Under the pieces are notes generated by a model. It was not told the origin of the DNA and searched no databases. It worked only from the letters and a program-made list of their open reading frames with translations. This document shows, piece after piece, positions 39,230 through 48,743 of a stretch of DNA of 64,000 nt (within the stretch, counting starts at the first letter, position 1; each line of letters starts with the position of its first letter). A program made the position numbers and the translations under genes. Location of the stretch: contig CAWFJJ010000024.1 of the NCBI GenBank assembly GCA_963816185.1, forward strand, positions 256,001-320,000. Reading direction: 5' to 3'. The DNA is from Thermoanaerobaculia bacterium. GTDB lineage: Bacteria > Acidobacteriota > Thermoanaerobaculia > UBA5066.

Positions 39230-40531
39230 GTGGACAGCTCACTTTCAATTTCTGATCTCGCGTCTCACGTCGGCGAGACCGTCACCCTCAAGGGCTGGCT
39301 CTACCATTGGAGGAAGGGCGGGAAGATCTGGTTCCTGGTCCTGCGCGACGGGAGCGGCTACCTCCAATGCGTCGTCTCGAAGGCCGACGTGCCCGAGGCG
39401 GTGTGGGCCGCCGCGACCGGTGCGACGCAGGAGTCCACGCTCGAGGTGACCGGCCTCGTGAAGGCCGACCCGCGCTCGCCGGGCGGCGTCGAGCTGGGCG
39501 TGATGGACGTGAAGGTGCTCGACCTCTGCCACGACTGGCCGATCACGCCGAAGGAGCACGGCGTCGACTTCCTCATGTCGCAGCGGCACCTCTGGTTGCG
39601 CTCCGCCAAGCAGGTGGCCGTCCTCAAAGTGCGAAGCGAGGTCGAGAGCGCGATCCACGACTTCTTCTACACGCGCGGCTACACGCGCGTCGATTCGCCG
39701 ATCCTGACCCCCGCGGCCTGCGAGGGCACGTCGAGTCTCTTCGAGACGCAGTACACGGAAGACGAGAAGGCCTACCTGTCGCAGTCCGGCCAGCTCTATC
39801 TCGAGCCGGCGGCGGCGGCGCTCGGAAAGGTCTACTGTTTCGGGCCCACGTTCCGCGCCGAGAAGTCCAAGACGCGGCGGCACCTGCGCGAGTTCTGGAT
39901 GGTCGAGCCGGAGGTCGCGTTTCTCGAGATCGACGGCCTCATGGACCTGGCCGAGGAGTTCGTCAAGGACCTCACGGCCCGCGTCCTCGATCGGCGGAAG
40001 GAAGACCTCAAGCGCCTCGAGCGCGATGTCGCGAAGCTCGAGCCCGTCATCTCGAAGAGGTTCCCGCGGATCTCCTACCGGGATGCCGTCGAGATCCTGC
40101 AGAAAAAGAATATGCCGGTGAAGTTCGGAGACGACCTGGGCGGCGACGAGGAGACGGCGCTCACCGAGGGCTTCGACACGCCCGCCATGGTCACGAGGTA
40201 CCCGACCTCGATCAAGGCGTTCTACATGCAGCCCGACCCGGCAGACCCGGACGTCGCCCTCTGCCTCGACATGCTCGCGCCCGAAGGCTATGGCGAGATC
40301 ATCGGCGGGTCGCAGCGCATCCACGACCACGACCTCCTGCTTTCGCGCATCCGCCAGCACGACCTGCCGCTCGAGGCGTTCCAGTGGTACCTCGATGTGA
40401 GGAAGTACGGCACGTTCCCGCATTCGGGCTTCGGCATGGGCCTCGAGCGCTTCGTCGCGTGGATGTGCGGCGTCCCGCACCTGCGCGAGTGCATCCCCTA
40501 CCCGCGGATGCTGTACCGGATCTATCCCTGA
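39230..40531 (+). CDS. asnS: Asparagine--tRNA ligase
   Basis: LRDGSG, LSQSGQLY, FRAEKSKTRRHL-EFWM-EPE, GEIIGGSQR and PHSGFG-GLER motifs. Confidence 0.96.
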   Translation: MDSSLSISDLASHVGETVTLKGWLYHWRKGGKIWFLVLRDGSGYLQCVVSKADVPEAVWAAATGATQESTLEVTGLVKADPRSPGGVELGVMDVKVLDLCHDWPITPKEHGVDFLMSQRHLWLRSAKQVAVLKVRSEVESAIHDFFYTRGYTRVDSPILTPAACEGTSSLFETQYTEDEKAYLSQSGQLYLEPAAAALGKVYCFGPTFRAEKSKTRRHLREFWMVEPEVAFLEIDGLMDLAEEFVKDLTARVLDRRKEDLKRLERDVAKLEPVISKRFPRISYRDAVEILQKKNMPVKFGDDLGGDEETALTEGFDTPAMVTRYPTSIKAFYMQPDPADPDVALCLDMLAPEGYGEIIGGSQRIHDHDLLLSRIRQHDLPLEAFQWYLDVRKYGTFPHSGFGMGLERFVAWMCGVPHLRECIPYPRMLYRIYP

Positions 40532-40532
40532 G

Positions 40533-42704
40533 TCAGCGCGGAAGATCCATGAGCCAGATGTTCCCCGTCGTCTCGGCGTTTTCGTAGACGATCTGGTTGC
40601 CGCGGGGAGACCACGCCGGATAGCGAACGAAGGAGTTGCGGCTCGAGTAGTCGGTCAAGCGATGCTCGGGCCCGCCGTGCCGCGAGACCCAGTAGATGTT
40701 CCAGATGCCGTCTCGCTGACCCGCGAACGCGATGCGTTCGCCATCCGGCGACCAGCCATAGGGCCAGTCCAGCCCTTTCTCGTGCGTGAGGATGGTGGGC
40801 TCGCCGCCCGCCGCGGGGACGAGCGCGATATGCATGTCCGGCCCGCGGAGCAGCTCGACCGCAAGGAACTTGCCGTCACGTGACCAGCACGCCCAGCCGG
40901 CGCCCTCGCGGTCGAACGTCACCTGTCGCGGCGCTCCCCCGTCCAGCGGGACCACCCACGCATTGAGAACACCGGCCGCTGTCCGCGACGTGAACGTGAG
41001 GAGCCGTCCGTCGGGTGAGAGGCGGGCATCCGACAATTCGCCGTCGAGTGGAAGGAGCTGCTTCTCGCTCCGGTCGGCCAGTGTCATGGACAACAAAGCC
41101 GTCGAGCCATCCCGGATCCTCAGGAAGGCGATCCGCTCTCCGTCCGGGAACCAGTCAGCGCGGAAGCTCCCCGCCGGATCGTCGGTGAGTTGGCGGGTGT
41201 TCTGCCCGTCCACATCCATCACAAAGACGTCCGTCCTGGTGCCGGCGCGACACGACGTGAAGGCGATATGCGATCCGTCAGGTGAAAACGCCGGGTCGGT
41301 ATTGCGGTAGCCGGCGGCCCGCGTGAGGAGGACCGGCGCGCCGACCGGGGCCGCCGTCCGAGGGTCGACCGGCAACGACCAGATGTTGCTCACGCCCGAC
41401 AGGCCGGAGTAGGCGAGCGAAAAGCCGTCACGGGAAATCGCGATCTGCCGCAGCGAGGTCGTGCCCGCCGAGACGACGCGCTGCGGCTCGCTCCAGGGTT
41501 CACCCGCCGTCGACGGGACGCGAGCGCGCCAGAGCGTTGCGTTCAGCCAGGAGCCCGAGGTCGCCGTGAAATAGATCCAGTCGCCCCGAGGAGAGAACGC
41601 CGTCTCGTAGTAAACGGCCGCCGGTGCATTCCGTTCGCTCGAAATCCGCTGGAGGGACCCGTCGAGCGGCGAAACGCTCCAGAGTGCCGAGTTCTGAAAG
41701 GACCAGGTCGAGAAGACGACCGTCTTTCCGTCCGGCGAGAATGCCGGCGCGCCGTGGCCGCCCTCGGGCGAGCCCGGGCGAGTCAGCGGCACGGGCGTTC
41801 CGCCCGTCGCCGGTACGAGGAAGAGCGACGAAGGGGGAGCCGCCGCCGGACCCGCGGCCGAGACGTCCATCGGGGCGGCGGACTGGAAGGCGAGGGTCGC
41901 GCCGTCCGGCGACCACGCAGGTCGCGACCCGAACTCGGTCAGCCGGCGCGGCATGCCTCCGAGCGCCGGCACGAGCCAGATGCCCGGCCGGCTCCGAGAG
42001 GCGTATGCGATCTGGCGACCGTCGGGTGACCACGCGGGCTCGAGGTTGTCCCGGCCGTCCGCCGTGATCTGGATTTCGCGGCCGCCGGTGGCGAGCTGCC
42101 TCACGAAGATCTCGAAGCCGACGCCCCTGTCCGAGCAGTAGGCGATCTCGGCGCCATCCGGGGAAAAGCTCGGGAACTGATCGAGGCCGAGGGAATCCGT
42201 GATCTGGCGCGCTCCCGCCGGCGCCGCCGCCGGAACGGCGGCTGGAACCGCAGGGTGCCGCGCCGCTCGGAATCCGACGAAAAGCACAACGAGACCCACG
42301 GCTCCTGCAGCGAACCATATGAGTCGGGGCGGCAACCGGCCGGGCGCTGAAACGGACTCGCGGTCCGGCGGCGCTGGAGAGACCGCGGCATCCTGCGGGA
42401 CCTTGCGGACTTCGGCGATGAAGCGGTAGCCCTTCGTCGGAACGGTCTCGATGTATCGGGCTTCGCGAGCGGCGTCGCCCAAGGCGCGCCTGAGGTCGGC
42501 GATCACGCGCGTCATCGCACTCTCGGTGACGACGGTGTCCCGCCAGACGTGCTCGAGCAGCTCTCTCTTTTCGATCAAGCGGCCGGGGTTCTCCAGAAGG
42601 AAGAGGAGGACCTCGAAGGCCTTCGGCTCGAGCGCGAGAGGACGCCCGGCCTTGAGCACGCGGAAGGCCCGGGGATCCGCGCGGATGTCGTCGAACTCGT
42701 AGAT
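40533..42704 (-). CDS. CadC-like winged-helix regulator, TM, TolB/PD40 beta-propeller repeats
   Basis: LRRALGD-YIETVPTKGYRF, TM segment, repeated P-x-[FW]SPDG; homologous N-terminus extends to ATC 42704 (first GTG at 42659). Confidence 0.88.
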   Translation of the reverse strand: MYEFDDIRADPRAFRVLKAGRPLALEPKAFEVLLFLLENPGRLIEKRELLEHVWRDTVVTESAMTRVIADLRRALGDAAREARYIETVPTKGYRFIAEVRKVPQDAAVSPAPPDRESVSAPGRLPPRLIWFAAGAVGLVVLFVGFRAARHPAVPAAVPAAAPAGARQITDSLGLDQFPSFSPDGAEIAYCSDRGVGFEIFVRQLATGGREIQITADGRDNLEPAWSPDGRQIAYASRSRPGIWLVPALGGMPRRLTEFGSRPAWSPDGATLAFQSAAPMDVSAAGPAAAPPSSLFLVPATGGTPVPLTRPGSPEGGHGAPAFSPDGKTVVFSTWSFQNSALWSVSPLDGSLQRISSERNAPAAVYYETAFSPRGDWIYFTATSGSWLNATLWRARVPSTAGEPWSEPQRVVSAGTTSLRQIAISRDGFSLAYSGLSGVSNIWSLPVDPRTAAPVGAPVLLTRAAGYRNTDPAFSPDGSHIAFTSCRAGTRTDVFVMDVDGQNTRQLTDDPAGSFRADWFPDGERIAFLRIRDGSTALLSMTLADRSEKQLLPLDGELSDARLSPDGRLLTFTSRTAAGVLNAWVVPLDGGAPRQVTFDREGAGWACWSRDGKFLAVELLRGPDMHIALVPAAGGEPTILTHEKGLDWPYGWSPDGERIAFAGQRDGIWNIYWVSRHGGPEHRLTDYSSRNSFVRYPAWSPRGNQIVYENAETTGNIWLMDLPR

Positions 42705-42838
42705 GAAGGAGATTTTACAGGCGGCGGGAGTTCCCTCAGGAGTTCATTCGAGAAAGACGCGAGATCAGGAGAGCGCCCTCAAGACCCGGCGCGTCCGGCC
42801 GCCGACCTTGCCTTCGGGCCACGAGCCCGGAGGTGACC

Positions 42839-43345
42839 ATGAACGGAAAGGCGGCTTCTGTCCTCGTTGCGGCTCTGGCTCTCGCGTCGCGGGCCTCTGC
42901 TGAGTCCCCGGTTCGGACGGCGTGGGCTCGACGCTCCTCCTTCGGGGTGGTCTTTGACAGGGCGCTGAGCCGTGCAGAGGAGAAGCTCGAATCGTCCGCG
43001 TGCCTGCTCGTTCTGACCGACTTTCGGGATGCGTCGGGCAGGGCGCTCGCCGAGAGGCTTTCCGAGACGGGACTCTCGGCTCCCGAGTTCCTCGCGCGGC
43101 TCGAATTTCGGGACGGCCGCAACGAGAGCCTCTGCCACCGTCTCCACGTCGACGCCTTCACGTCGGTCGGAGGCTCGACTGTCTGGACGTGCCCGGGAGG
43201 CAGTCTCAGCCTAACCGGCGACAACCTCCGGGCCGGCCCGAACACCCTCATCCATGAGATGCTCCACGCGCTCGGCCTCTCGGAAAATCCGCCGACGTCG
43301 CTGGAAATCACGCATCGCGTCGTCGAGCGCTGCGGACTCTGGTAA
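42839..43345 (+). CDS. Small exported protein with HExxH motif (possible zincin)
   Basis: Signal peptide, LIHEMLHALG, four Cys; GGAGG SD. Confidence 0.7.
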   Translation: MNGKAASVLVAALALASRASAESPVRTAWARRSSFGVVFDRALSRAEEKLESSACLLVLTDFRDASGRALAERLSETGLSAPEFLARLEFRDGRNESLCHRLHVDAFTSVGGSTVWTCPGGSLSLTGDNLRAGPNTLIHEMLHALGLSENPPTSLEITHRVVERCGLW

Positions 43346-43386
43346 GGGGGCGTCGCGGCGCGACGTTGTCGTCTGACGTTCCGACC

Positions 43387-44805
43387 TCAGGCGGCCGGCG
43401 GGCGCCTCCGGTGCCAGTCCGTCTCCTTCTGATACGCCTTCGCGGCGGCAAGGCAGAGCGATTCGTTCCCGGCGGCCGCCATGAACGTGACACCGAGCGG
43501 GAGTCCCGCGTTGTCGAAGCCGCACGGGACGGCCGCGGCCGGCAGGCCGCAGAGATTTCCCGGGGCGCCGAGCGGATCCGCCGGGAGCGCGTACCACGTT
43601 TCGAGGTTCGCCTCGATCGGGCTCGCGGAGCTCGGGAAGCTCGGCCCGGCGAGGACGTCCACCTTCGTGAAGAGCTCCGCCATCGCGCGAATCGCAAGCG
43701 TGCGGCGCCGGAGCGCGTTGGCGTACTCGGCCCCGGAAATCGTCGTGCCGGGAAGGAGGCCGATCTTCGACAGAGGATCCACGAGGTCGAGGTGGCGCCC
43801 GCTCGCGATGAGGGGCTCGAATGTCGCAGCCGCTTCCGAGGCGAGGATCGTGAGGAGAACGGCATCGAACGGAAAGTCGGGCAACGCCACGGGCACGAGC
43901 CGGTGTCCCTTTGCTTCGAGCGCCTTCAGGGCGGCCGATGCGAGCGTCACTGCTTCCTTCTGGTATCCGTCCCAGGTCTTGTCCGGGAGGACGCCGATCC
44001 GGAGATGCTCGGGGGGGCGAGATCTCGTCCAGTTGCCGCGCAGAGTGGACGGATCGGCCGGATCTTCACCCGCGATCGCGTCGAGCACGGTCTCGAGGTC
44101 TTCGGCCGTTCGCGCGAGGGGGCCGATCTTGTCGAGCGTGAAGCAAAGAGGCATCGCGCCGTGCCGGCTGACGCGCCCGTACGTGGGCCTGAGGCCCGAG
44201 ATGCCGCAGTAGGTGGAGGGACAGACGATCGAGCCCCACGTCTCCGAGCCGAGCGCGAAGGGCACGAGGCCTGCCGCAACGGCGGCACCCGAGCCGCTCG
44301 AGGAGCCGCCCGTCCAGTGCTTCGGGTTCCAGGGGTTCTTCCCGGGCCCCTGCGCCGAGGCGGACGCAAATCGGTACCCCGCGCCGCCCGCGAGCTCGAC
44401 CATCGCGAGCTTCGCGACGAGGACGGCGCCGGCCTCCGCGAGTCGGGCGACCGCGGTCGCGTCGGCCTTGGGAACGCGATCCTTGAAAAGGGGAGAGCCC
44501 CACGTCGTTGCCACGCCTTTCGTGTCGAGCAGATCCTTCGCGGCATACGGGATGCCGTGCAACGGCTGGCGCGGGATGCCGGACTTCCGCTCCGCGTCGG
44601 CGCGCCGCGCGGCGGCAAGGGCGCTTTCTTCCATCAGGGTCGCAACGGCGTTGAGAGAGGGACCGATTCCGCGAAGGCGGGAGACGAAGAGGGACGTCAG
44701 CTCGACAGATGACGTCTTTCCCGCCGCCAAGGCTCCGGAAAGCTCGGCGACCGACGCAAACGCGAGATCGATTTCTTTCCCTTTCGAAGAATCTTTCGTG
44801 CCCAT
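43387..44805 (-). CDS. Amidase signature family enzyme
   Basis: GIPYAAKD, GGSSSGS, GSETWGSI and GLRPTYGRVSR motifs; motif copy at 44783 encodes the N-terminal DSSKGK. Confidence 0.93.
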   Translation of the reverse strand: MGTKDSSKGKEIDLAFASVAELSGALAAGKTSSVELTSLFVSRLRGIGPSLNAVATLMEESALAAARRADAERKSGIPRQPLHGIPYAAKDLLDTKGVATTWGSPLFKDRVPKADATAVARLAEAGAVLVAKLAMVELAGGAGYRFASASAQGPGKNPWNPKHWTGGSSSGSGAAVAAGLVPFALGSETWGSIVCPSTYCGISGLRPTYGRVSRHGAMPLCFTLDKIGPLARTAEDLETVLDAIAGEDPADPSTLRGNWTRSRPPEHLRIGVLPDKTWDGYQKEAVTLASAALKALEAKGHRLVPVALPDFPFDAVLLTILASEAAATFEPLIASGRHLDLVDPLSKIGLLPGTTISGAEYANALRRRTLAIRAMAELFTKVDVLAGPSFPSSASPIEANLETWYALPADPLGAPGNLCGLPAAAVPCGFDNAGLPLGVTFMAAAGNESLCLAAAKAYQKETDWHRRRPPAA

Positions 44806-44806
44806 C

Positions 44807-45130
44807 TTATCGGCGCCCTTCGGGCAGGAAAACCGTCGCCGGGTCGGTCTCGTACGGCAGGGCGACGCGGCGCGCGTCCGCGAGCGTCTTCTGCAGATCG
44901 CGCACGCCCCGCCTCACGTCGAGGCGCTGCTCCGCCGAGAGGGTCGCCGGCGTCGCGGACAACGCCGCTTCGACGAGCGCTTCGGTCCGCGCTTCGGATG
45001 TCTGCTGAGGAGACGAGGCCCCGTCTCCGGCCGCAGGCGCGGGCAGAATCGCGGCCGCCGCGGCGCCACCGATCGCCCTGGCCAGAGAACGCCGCGTGAG
45101 GCCTTCCTGACGCGTTATTGAATCGCTCAT
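44807..45130 (-). CDS. Small protein with twin-arginine-like signal, amidase partner
   Basis: LTRRSL plus a hydrophobic stretch; ends 1 nt before the amidase start. Confidence 0.65.
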   Translation of the reverse strand: MSDSITRQEGLTRRSLARAIGGAAAAAILPAPAAGDGASSPQQTSEARTEALVEAALSATPATLSAEQRLDVRRGVRDLQKTLADARRVALPYETDPATVFLPEGRR

Positions 45131-45188
45131 AGCCGTATCCTATTCGAGCGGGGAATCCGACGGCCTCGGCGTTCGCGTCTCGCCAAAG

Positions 45189-45215
45189 AAAAAGGGGAGG
45201 CCCGAAGGCCTCCCC
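45189..45215 (-). terminator. Intrinsic terminator of the TonB receptor gene
   Basis: Minus strand GGGGAGGCC-TTCG-GGCCTCCCC-TTTTT (9-bp stem, UUCG loop). Confidence 0.9.
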
Positions 45216-45242
45216 ATCCCGTTGATGGAAAGCTGAAGGAAA

Positions 45243-48200
45243 CTAGAAGCTGAGTCGGGCCCCGAGCTTGAGGAGCCGCGGGCTGCTCCTCCAGGACACC
45301 AGGCCATAGTTCGGGTTCGCGCTCGTCGGGTTCGACACGACCGAGCAGTTCGATGCCGCGCTCACGCTGGGAGGGGGTGCGACCGTGCAGTCCTGGTTAT
45401 AACCGAGGATGTCCTGACGGTTCAGGAGGTTGTTCCCCTGGGCGATCAAGGTCACGGTCACCGCGCCGAACTTGATCGCGTAGGTAGCCGAGAGATTGAA
45501 GTCGTAGTCCCACGGGGTCCGGCCCGCGCTGCCGGCCGGGACGACCTGGTAGCCCTCGGCGCCGTAGCCGCTGTTGAAGTAGCCGAACTCGGACAGCGGC
45601 GATCCGGAACGCAGGTGGGCGCTGAGAGCGGCCGTCAGGCCGAAGGGCATCGTGTAGGTCCCGTCCAGCCGGAACTGATGCCGCCGGTCCAGGGCGAGGT
45701 TTCCGTAGGCGTTGTTCAGGAACAGCGGGTAGTCATAGTCGGCGTTGATGCCGGGGTCCGTCTGGCCGCCGCCGGGGTACGCGAACTCGGCGATCGAGGC
45801 CTCTCCGTTGTAGTTGCCGTACAGATGCGAGTAGAGGTAGCTGAACTGGGCCCACGCAACGTTCGAGATGCGGCTCTTGACCACGAACTCGACGCCGTGG
45901 AACTTCCGCTCGGCGGCCGGAATGGCCACGTTCGTCGTCTGGGGGCCGGTGCACTGCGACTGCGCCGAGTTTCCGCTGGCGTCGATGTAGTCGCGCCCGT
46001 CGCACGTGTGGACGCCCTGCCCCGTCGCGAAGGGGCTGCTGGAGCCGGGGTTGATGATGACGCACGTGTTGCCGTTGGCCTCGGGATAGCCCCCGTCGAA
46101 GTCGCACCGGTCCTCGATCGTCCGGCCGAGGTCCCGATACGTGTAGCGCACGGCCACCGAGAGCGACGTGTTGAGAGCCTTCTCGAAACCGAGCGCGTAC
46201 TCGTCCTGGTAGATCCCCTTCAGATTGTCCTGGAACGGCTCGGGGAAGAAGCCGCCCTGCGTGAAGGCCTGCTTGCCGATCGTCGGATCCTGCGCCAGCG
46301 CCGTCTGGCTGGTTCCGGGGTTGTAGTTGTAGGTGATGGCGTCGATCTTGCCGCCGTACGAGCGGACCGTGAGATCGGTCGGCAGGGCGTAGTAGAACCG
46401 GCCGTACGAGGCCGAGACCTTCGTCGAACCGTCCTTCGCCGGATCCCACGCGATGCCGATGCGGGGCTGCCACTCGTTCTTCAGGAAGAACTGCTGACCT
46501 CCCGTCTGGATGACCTTGCCGCTCGCGTCGACCGCCTGGTTGTTGTAGATCTTGGTTCCGTCGAACTGGCGGACGTCCTCCTGGTCGTACCGCAGGCCGA
46601 CGTGGACGGAGAGGTTCGGGAACACCTTCCACGCGTCCTGGAGGAAGGCGCCGGTCCTGTATACGCGGGGGCTCACCGTATTGCCGCCGGCCAGGAACGC
46701 GCTCTGGAGCGCCGTCTTGTCCGTCGTCAGCGTGTAGAACTCGTGCCCGTAGTAGAGCGGGGCACCCGCATTCGCGCCGGTGCAGACCTGCGCGTTGCAC
46801 GCGTAGATCCGGAGCCGCGAACCGCCGCTGTAGATGTCCGTGGACTCGGTCAGGTTGTTCTCGAAGTCCAGGCCCCCCTTGATCTCATGCGTTCCCAGGA
46901 AGAAGGTCGCGGCCCCCTTCACGGCGTCCCGCTTGGACTGGTTGAAGTCGCGGAACCCGCGGATGGAGCCGAAGCCGCCGGAGGCGGTGGGGTTGTCCAG
47001 GTTCTGGGTGTAATCGAGAACGGCCGGGGTGCTCGCCCCTTCGCCTGTAAGCGTGTAGCGGTCCTTGTGGCGGGAGTAGCGGACGTCGAAGAGGCCCGAC
47101 GTGCCGAAGAGCTGCGTGACCCCGACCGCGAAGTCGGTCGCGCCGATCTTGCGGGTGCCGTTCTGCGAGAGAGGGTTATCGGAGGTGAAGTTCCGTTGTG
47201 GGCCCGTGCGCACCTCCGGGTCGCCGAAGATCGTCCCGACGATCGTCGTGGAGTCGGTGGGCCGAGCCGTCAGCTTGCCGGAGAAGAGGTCCGCGTGGTA
47301 GGTGATCGGGAAGTTCTTGCCCGCGTTCGGCAGCCCGGTTCCGGCCAGCGTGAGCTGGTCGACGTCCTGGTTGACCCGGTTGTACGCGCCGAAGAACCAG
47401 AGGCGGTCCTTGATCGCATAGCCTCCGAGGTCGACGCCGAGATCCTGGACGTTCGCCTGCGAGGTGTCGACGCCGGCTGGAGGGCCGGTGTAGTTCTGGT
47501 CGGTCTCGGCGGTCCCTTTGCGGGCGGCCGTGAGGCTCTTCTCGTTGAAGTAGCCGAAGGCGTCGCCGTGGAACTCGTTGCCGCCCGACTTCGTGACGAC
47601 GTTGACGATGCCGCCCATGGCGCGGCCGTACTCGGCCTCGTAGCCGCCGGCCTTGATCTGGACCTCCTCGACGAACTCGGAGCTTATGGCCTTGCCCTGG
47701 AAGCCCCGGATGACGTTCGTCGTGTTGACGCCGTCCACGAGGTACTGGTTCTCGATGGACGTGGCCCCGTAGATCGAGAAGGCCATGGCGCGACCCTGTG
47801 TGTCGCCCGAGTCCATTCCCACGCCGGGGTTGATCTCCACAGCCTGGGCGTAATTCCGCCCGAGCGGGAGCTTCTGGACGACGTCCTGCCGGATGTTGAG
47901 GCCGTTCGCGGCGTCGTTCGTGTCGACGACGGGCGCCTCACCCGAGACGACGATCTCCTGCGTGACCGAGATCTCCATCCGGATCATCACGGAGGCCGTG
48001 GCGTCGAGGTTGACCTTTATGCCGTTCTTCTCGACCTTCTTGAAGCCCGAAAGAGAGGACGTCACGGTGTACGTGCCGGGAGGAATGACCGGGAAGCGGA
48101 AGCGGCCGGCGGAGTTCGTGACCGCCGACCGGGGGCCCTGGAGGCTGGGTGACTTGAGATCGACGGTCGCGCCGGGCAGCGGCGCGTCGTTTGCGTCGGT

Positions 48201-48308
48201 GACGGTGCCCTCGATGCCTCCGGTGGTCTGCGAATACGCGACGTTCGCCGTCAGACCGAGCACGGCGAGCGCAAGCACCATGAAAGTGCTCAGCCAACGT
48301 GATTTCAT
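45243..48308 (-). CDS. TonB-dependent receptor, Oar-like, with carboxypeptidase-regulatory N-domain
   Basis: Signal peptide, G-V-D...LPGATV, plug motif AEYGRAMGGIVNVVTKSGGN, C-terminal ARLSF; GGAGGT SD. Confidence 0.93.
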   Translation of the reverse strand: MKSRWLSTFMVLALAVLGLTANVAYSQTTGGIEGTVTDANDAPLPGATVDLKSPSLQGPRSAVTNSAGRFRFPVIPPGTYTVTSSLSGFKKVEKNGIKVNLDATASVMIRMEISVTQEIVVSGEAPVVDTNDAANGLNIRQDVVQKLPLGRNYAQAVEINPGVGMDSGDTQGRAMAFSIYGATSIENQYLVDGVNTTNVIRGFQGKAISSEFVEEVQIKAGGYEAEYGRAMGGIVNVVTKSGGNEFHGDAFGYFNEKSLTAARKGTAETDQNYTGPPAGVDTSQANVQDLGVDLGGYAIKDRLWFFGAYNRVNQDVDQLTLAGTGLPNAGKNFPITYHADLFSGKLTARPTDSTTIVGTIFGDPEVRTGPQRNFTSDNPLSQNGTRKIGATDFAVGVTQLFGTSGLFDVRYSRHKDRYTLTGEGASTPAVLDYTQNLDNPTASGGFGSIRGFRDFNQSKRDAVKGAATFFLGTHEIKGGLDFENNLTESTDIYSGGSRLRIYACNAQVCTGANAGAPLYYGHEFYTLTTDKTALQSAFLAGGNTVSPRVYRTGAFLQDAWKVFPNLSVHVGLRYDQEDVRQFDGTKIYNNQAVDASGKVIQTGGQQFFLKNEWQPRIGIAWDPAKDGSTKVSASYGRFYYALPTDLTVRSYGGKIDAITYNYNPGTSQTALAQDPTIGKQAFTQGGFFPEPFQDNLKGIYQDEYALGFEKALNTSLSVAVRYTYRDLGRTIEDRCDFDGGYPEANGNTCVIINPGSSSPFATGQGVHTCDGRDYIDASGNSAQSQCTGPQTTNVAIPAAERKFHGVEFVVKSRISNVAWAQFSYLYSHLYGNYNGEASIAEFAYPGGGQTDPGINADYDYPLFLNNAYGNLALDRRHQFRLDGTYTMPFGLTAALSAHLRSGSPLSEFGYFNSGYGAEGYQVVPAGSAGRTPWDYDFNLSATYAIKFGAVTVTLIAQGNNLLNRQDILGYNQDCTVAPPPSVSAASNCSVVSNPTSANPNYGLVSWRSSPRLLKLGARLSF

Positions 48309-48522
48309 TTTCAATCTACCTCCTGAATCGAAAAGAAATTGATCCCGACGTAAGAGTTCAAGGACGACGGAAGATCCCGGCTCCCTCCTTTCACGTTTTG
48401 GTTTGCTCTCCTGAAGCTCGATTCATGGTTCCTGTGTCCTCGCCCAGCGGAGGTTTTCTTGTGTCCGAAGCTCGCGTCACACATGCGCCTTCTTACGATG
48501 TGACGAAAGCCACAAAACCGGG

Positions 48523-48538
48523 TGCAATTCGGGTGCCT
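48523..48538 (-). promoter_or_regulatory. Putative sigma54 (-24/-12) promoter for the TonB receptor
   Basis: Minus strand AGGCAC-CCGAA-TTGCA matches the GG-N10-GC consensus TGGCAC-N5-TTGC. Confidence 0.65.
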
Positions 48539-48616
48539 TCTGGGCCGGAAGCCTACAAGACGTAAGACGCTGTAGTCAAAGGGAGAATCCGGGACCGGGC
48601 CTGTCGTGAAGGGGGT

Positions 48617-48638
48617 TCAATCCAAAATATTAGATTGA
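48617..48638. promoter_or_regulatory. AT-rich palindromic operator or enhancer candidate
   Basis: TCAATCCAAAATATTAGATTGA, about 80 bp upstream of the sigma54-like site. Confidence 0.45.
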
Positions 48639-48743
48639 GATCCATTTGCAAGATGGGCTCCGGCACGGGACCCGCGTTCTCCTGCGAAGAATGGACATTG
48701 GCGGCCGGGAAACCCACGGAAGCCGATCGGCGTACAACGGACC

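Noticed and set aside
43387-44805. gatA assignment
   Set aside because: Has GSETWGSI rather than the GatA GSDTGGSIRQP, and no gatB is adjacent
48370-48415. c-di-GMP-I riboswitch-like string (GCAAACC...GAAA...GGGA) in the TonB receptor leader
   Set aside because: P2 pairing is poor and the GCAAAG/P3 elements are missing; would need an Infernal hit
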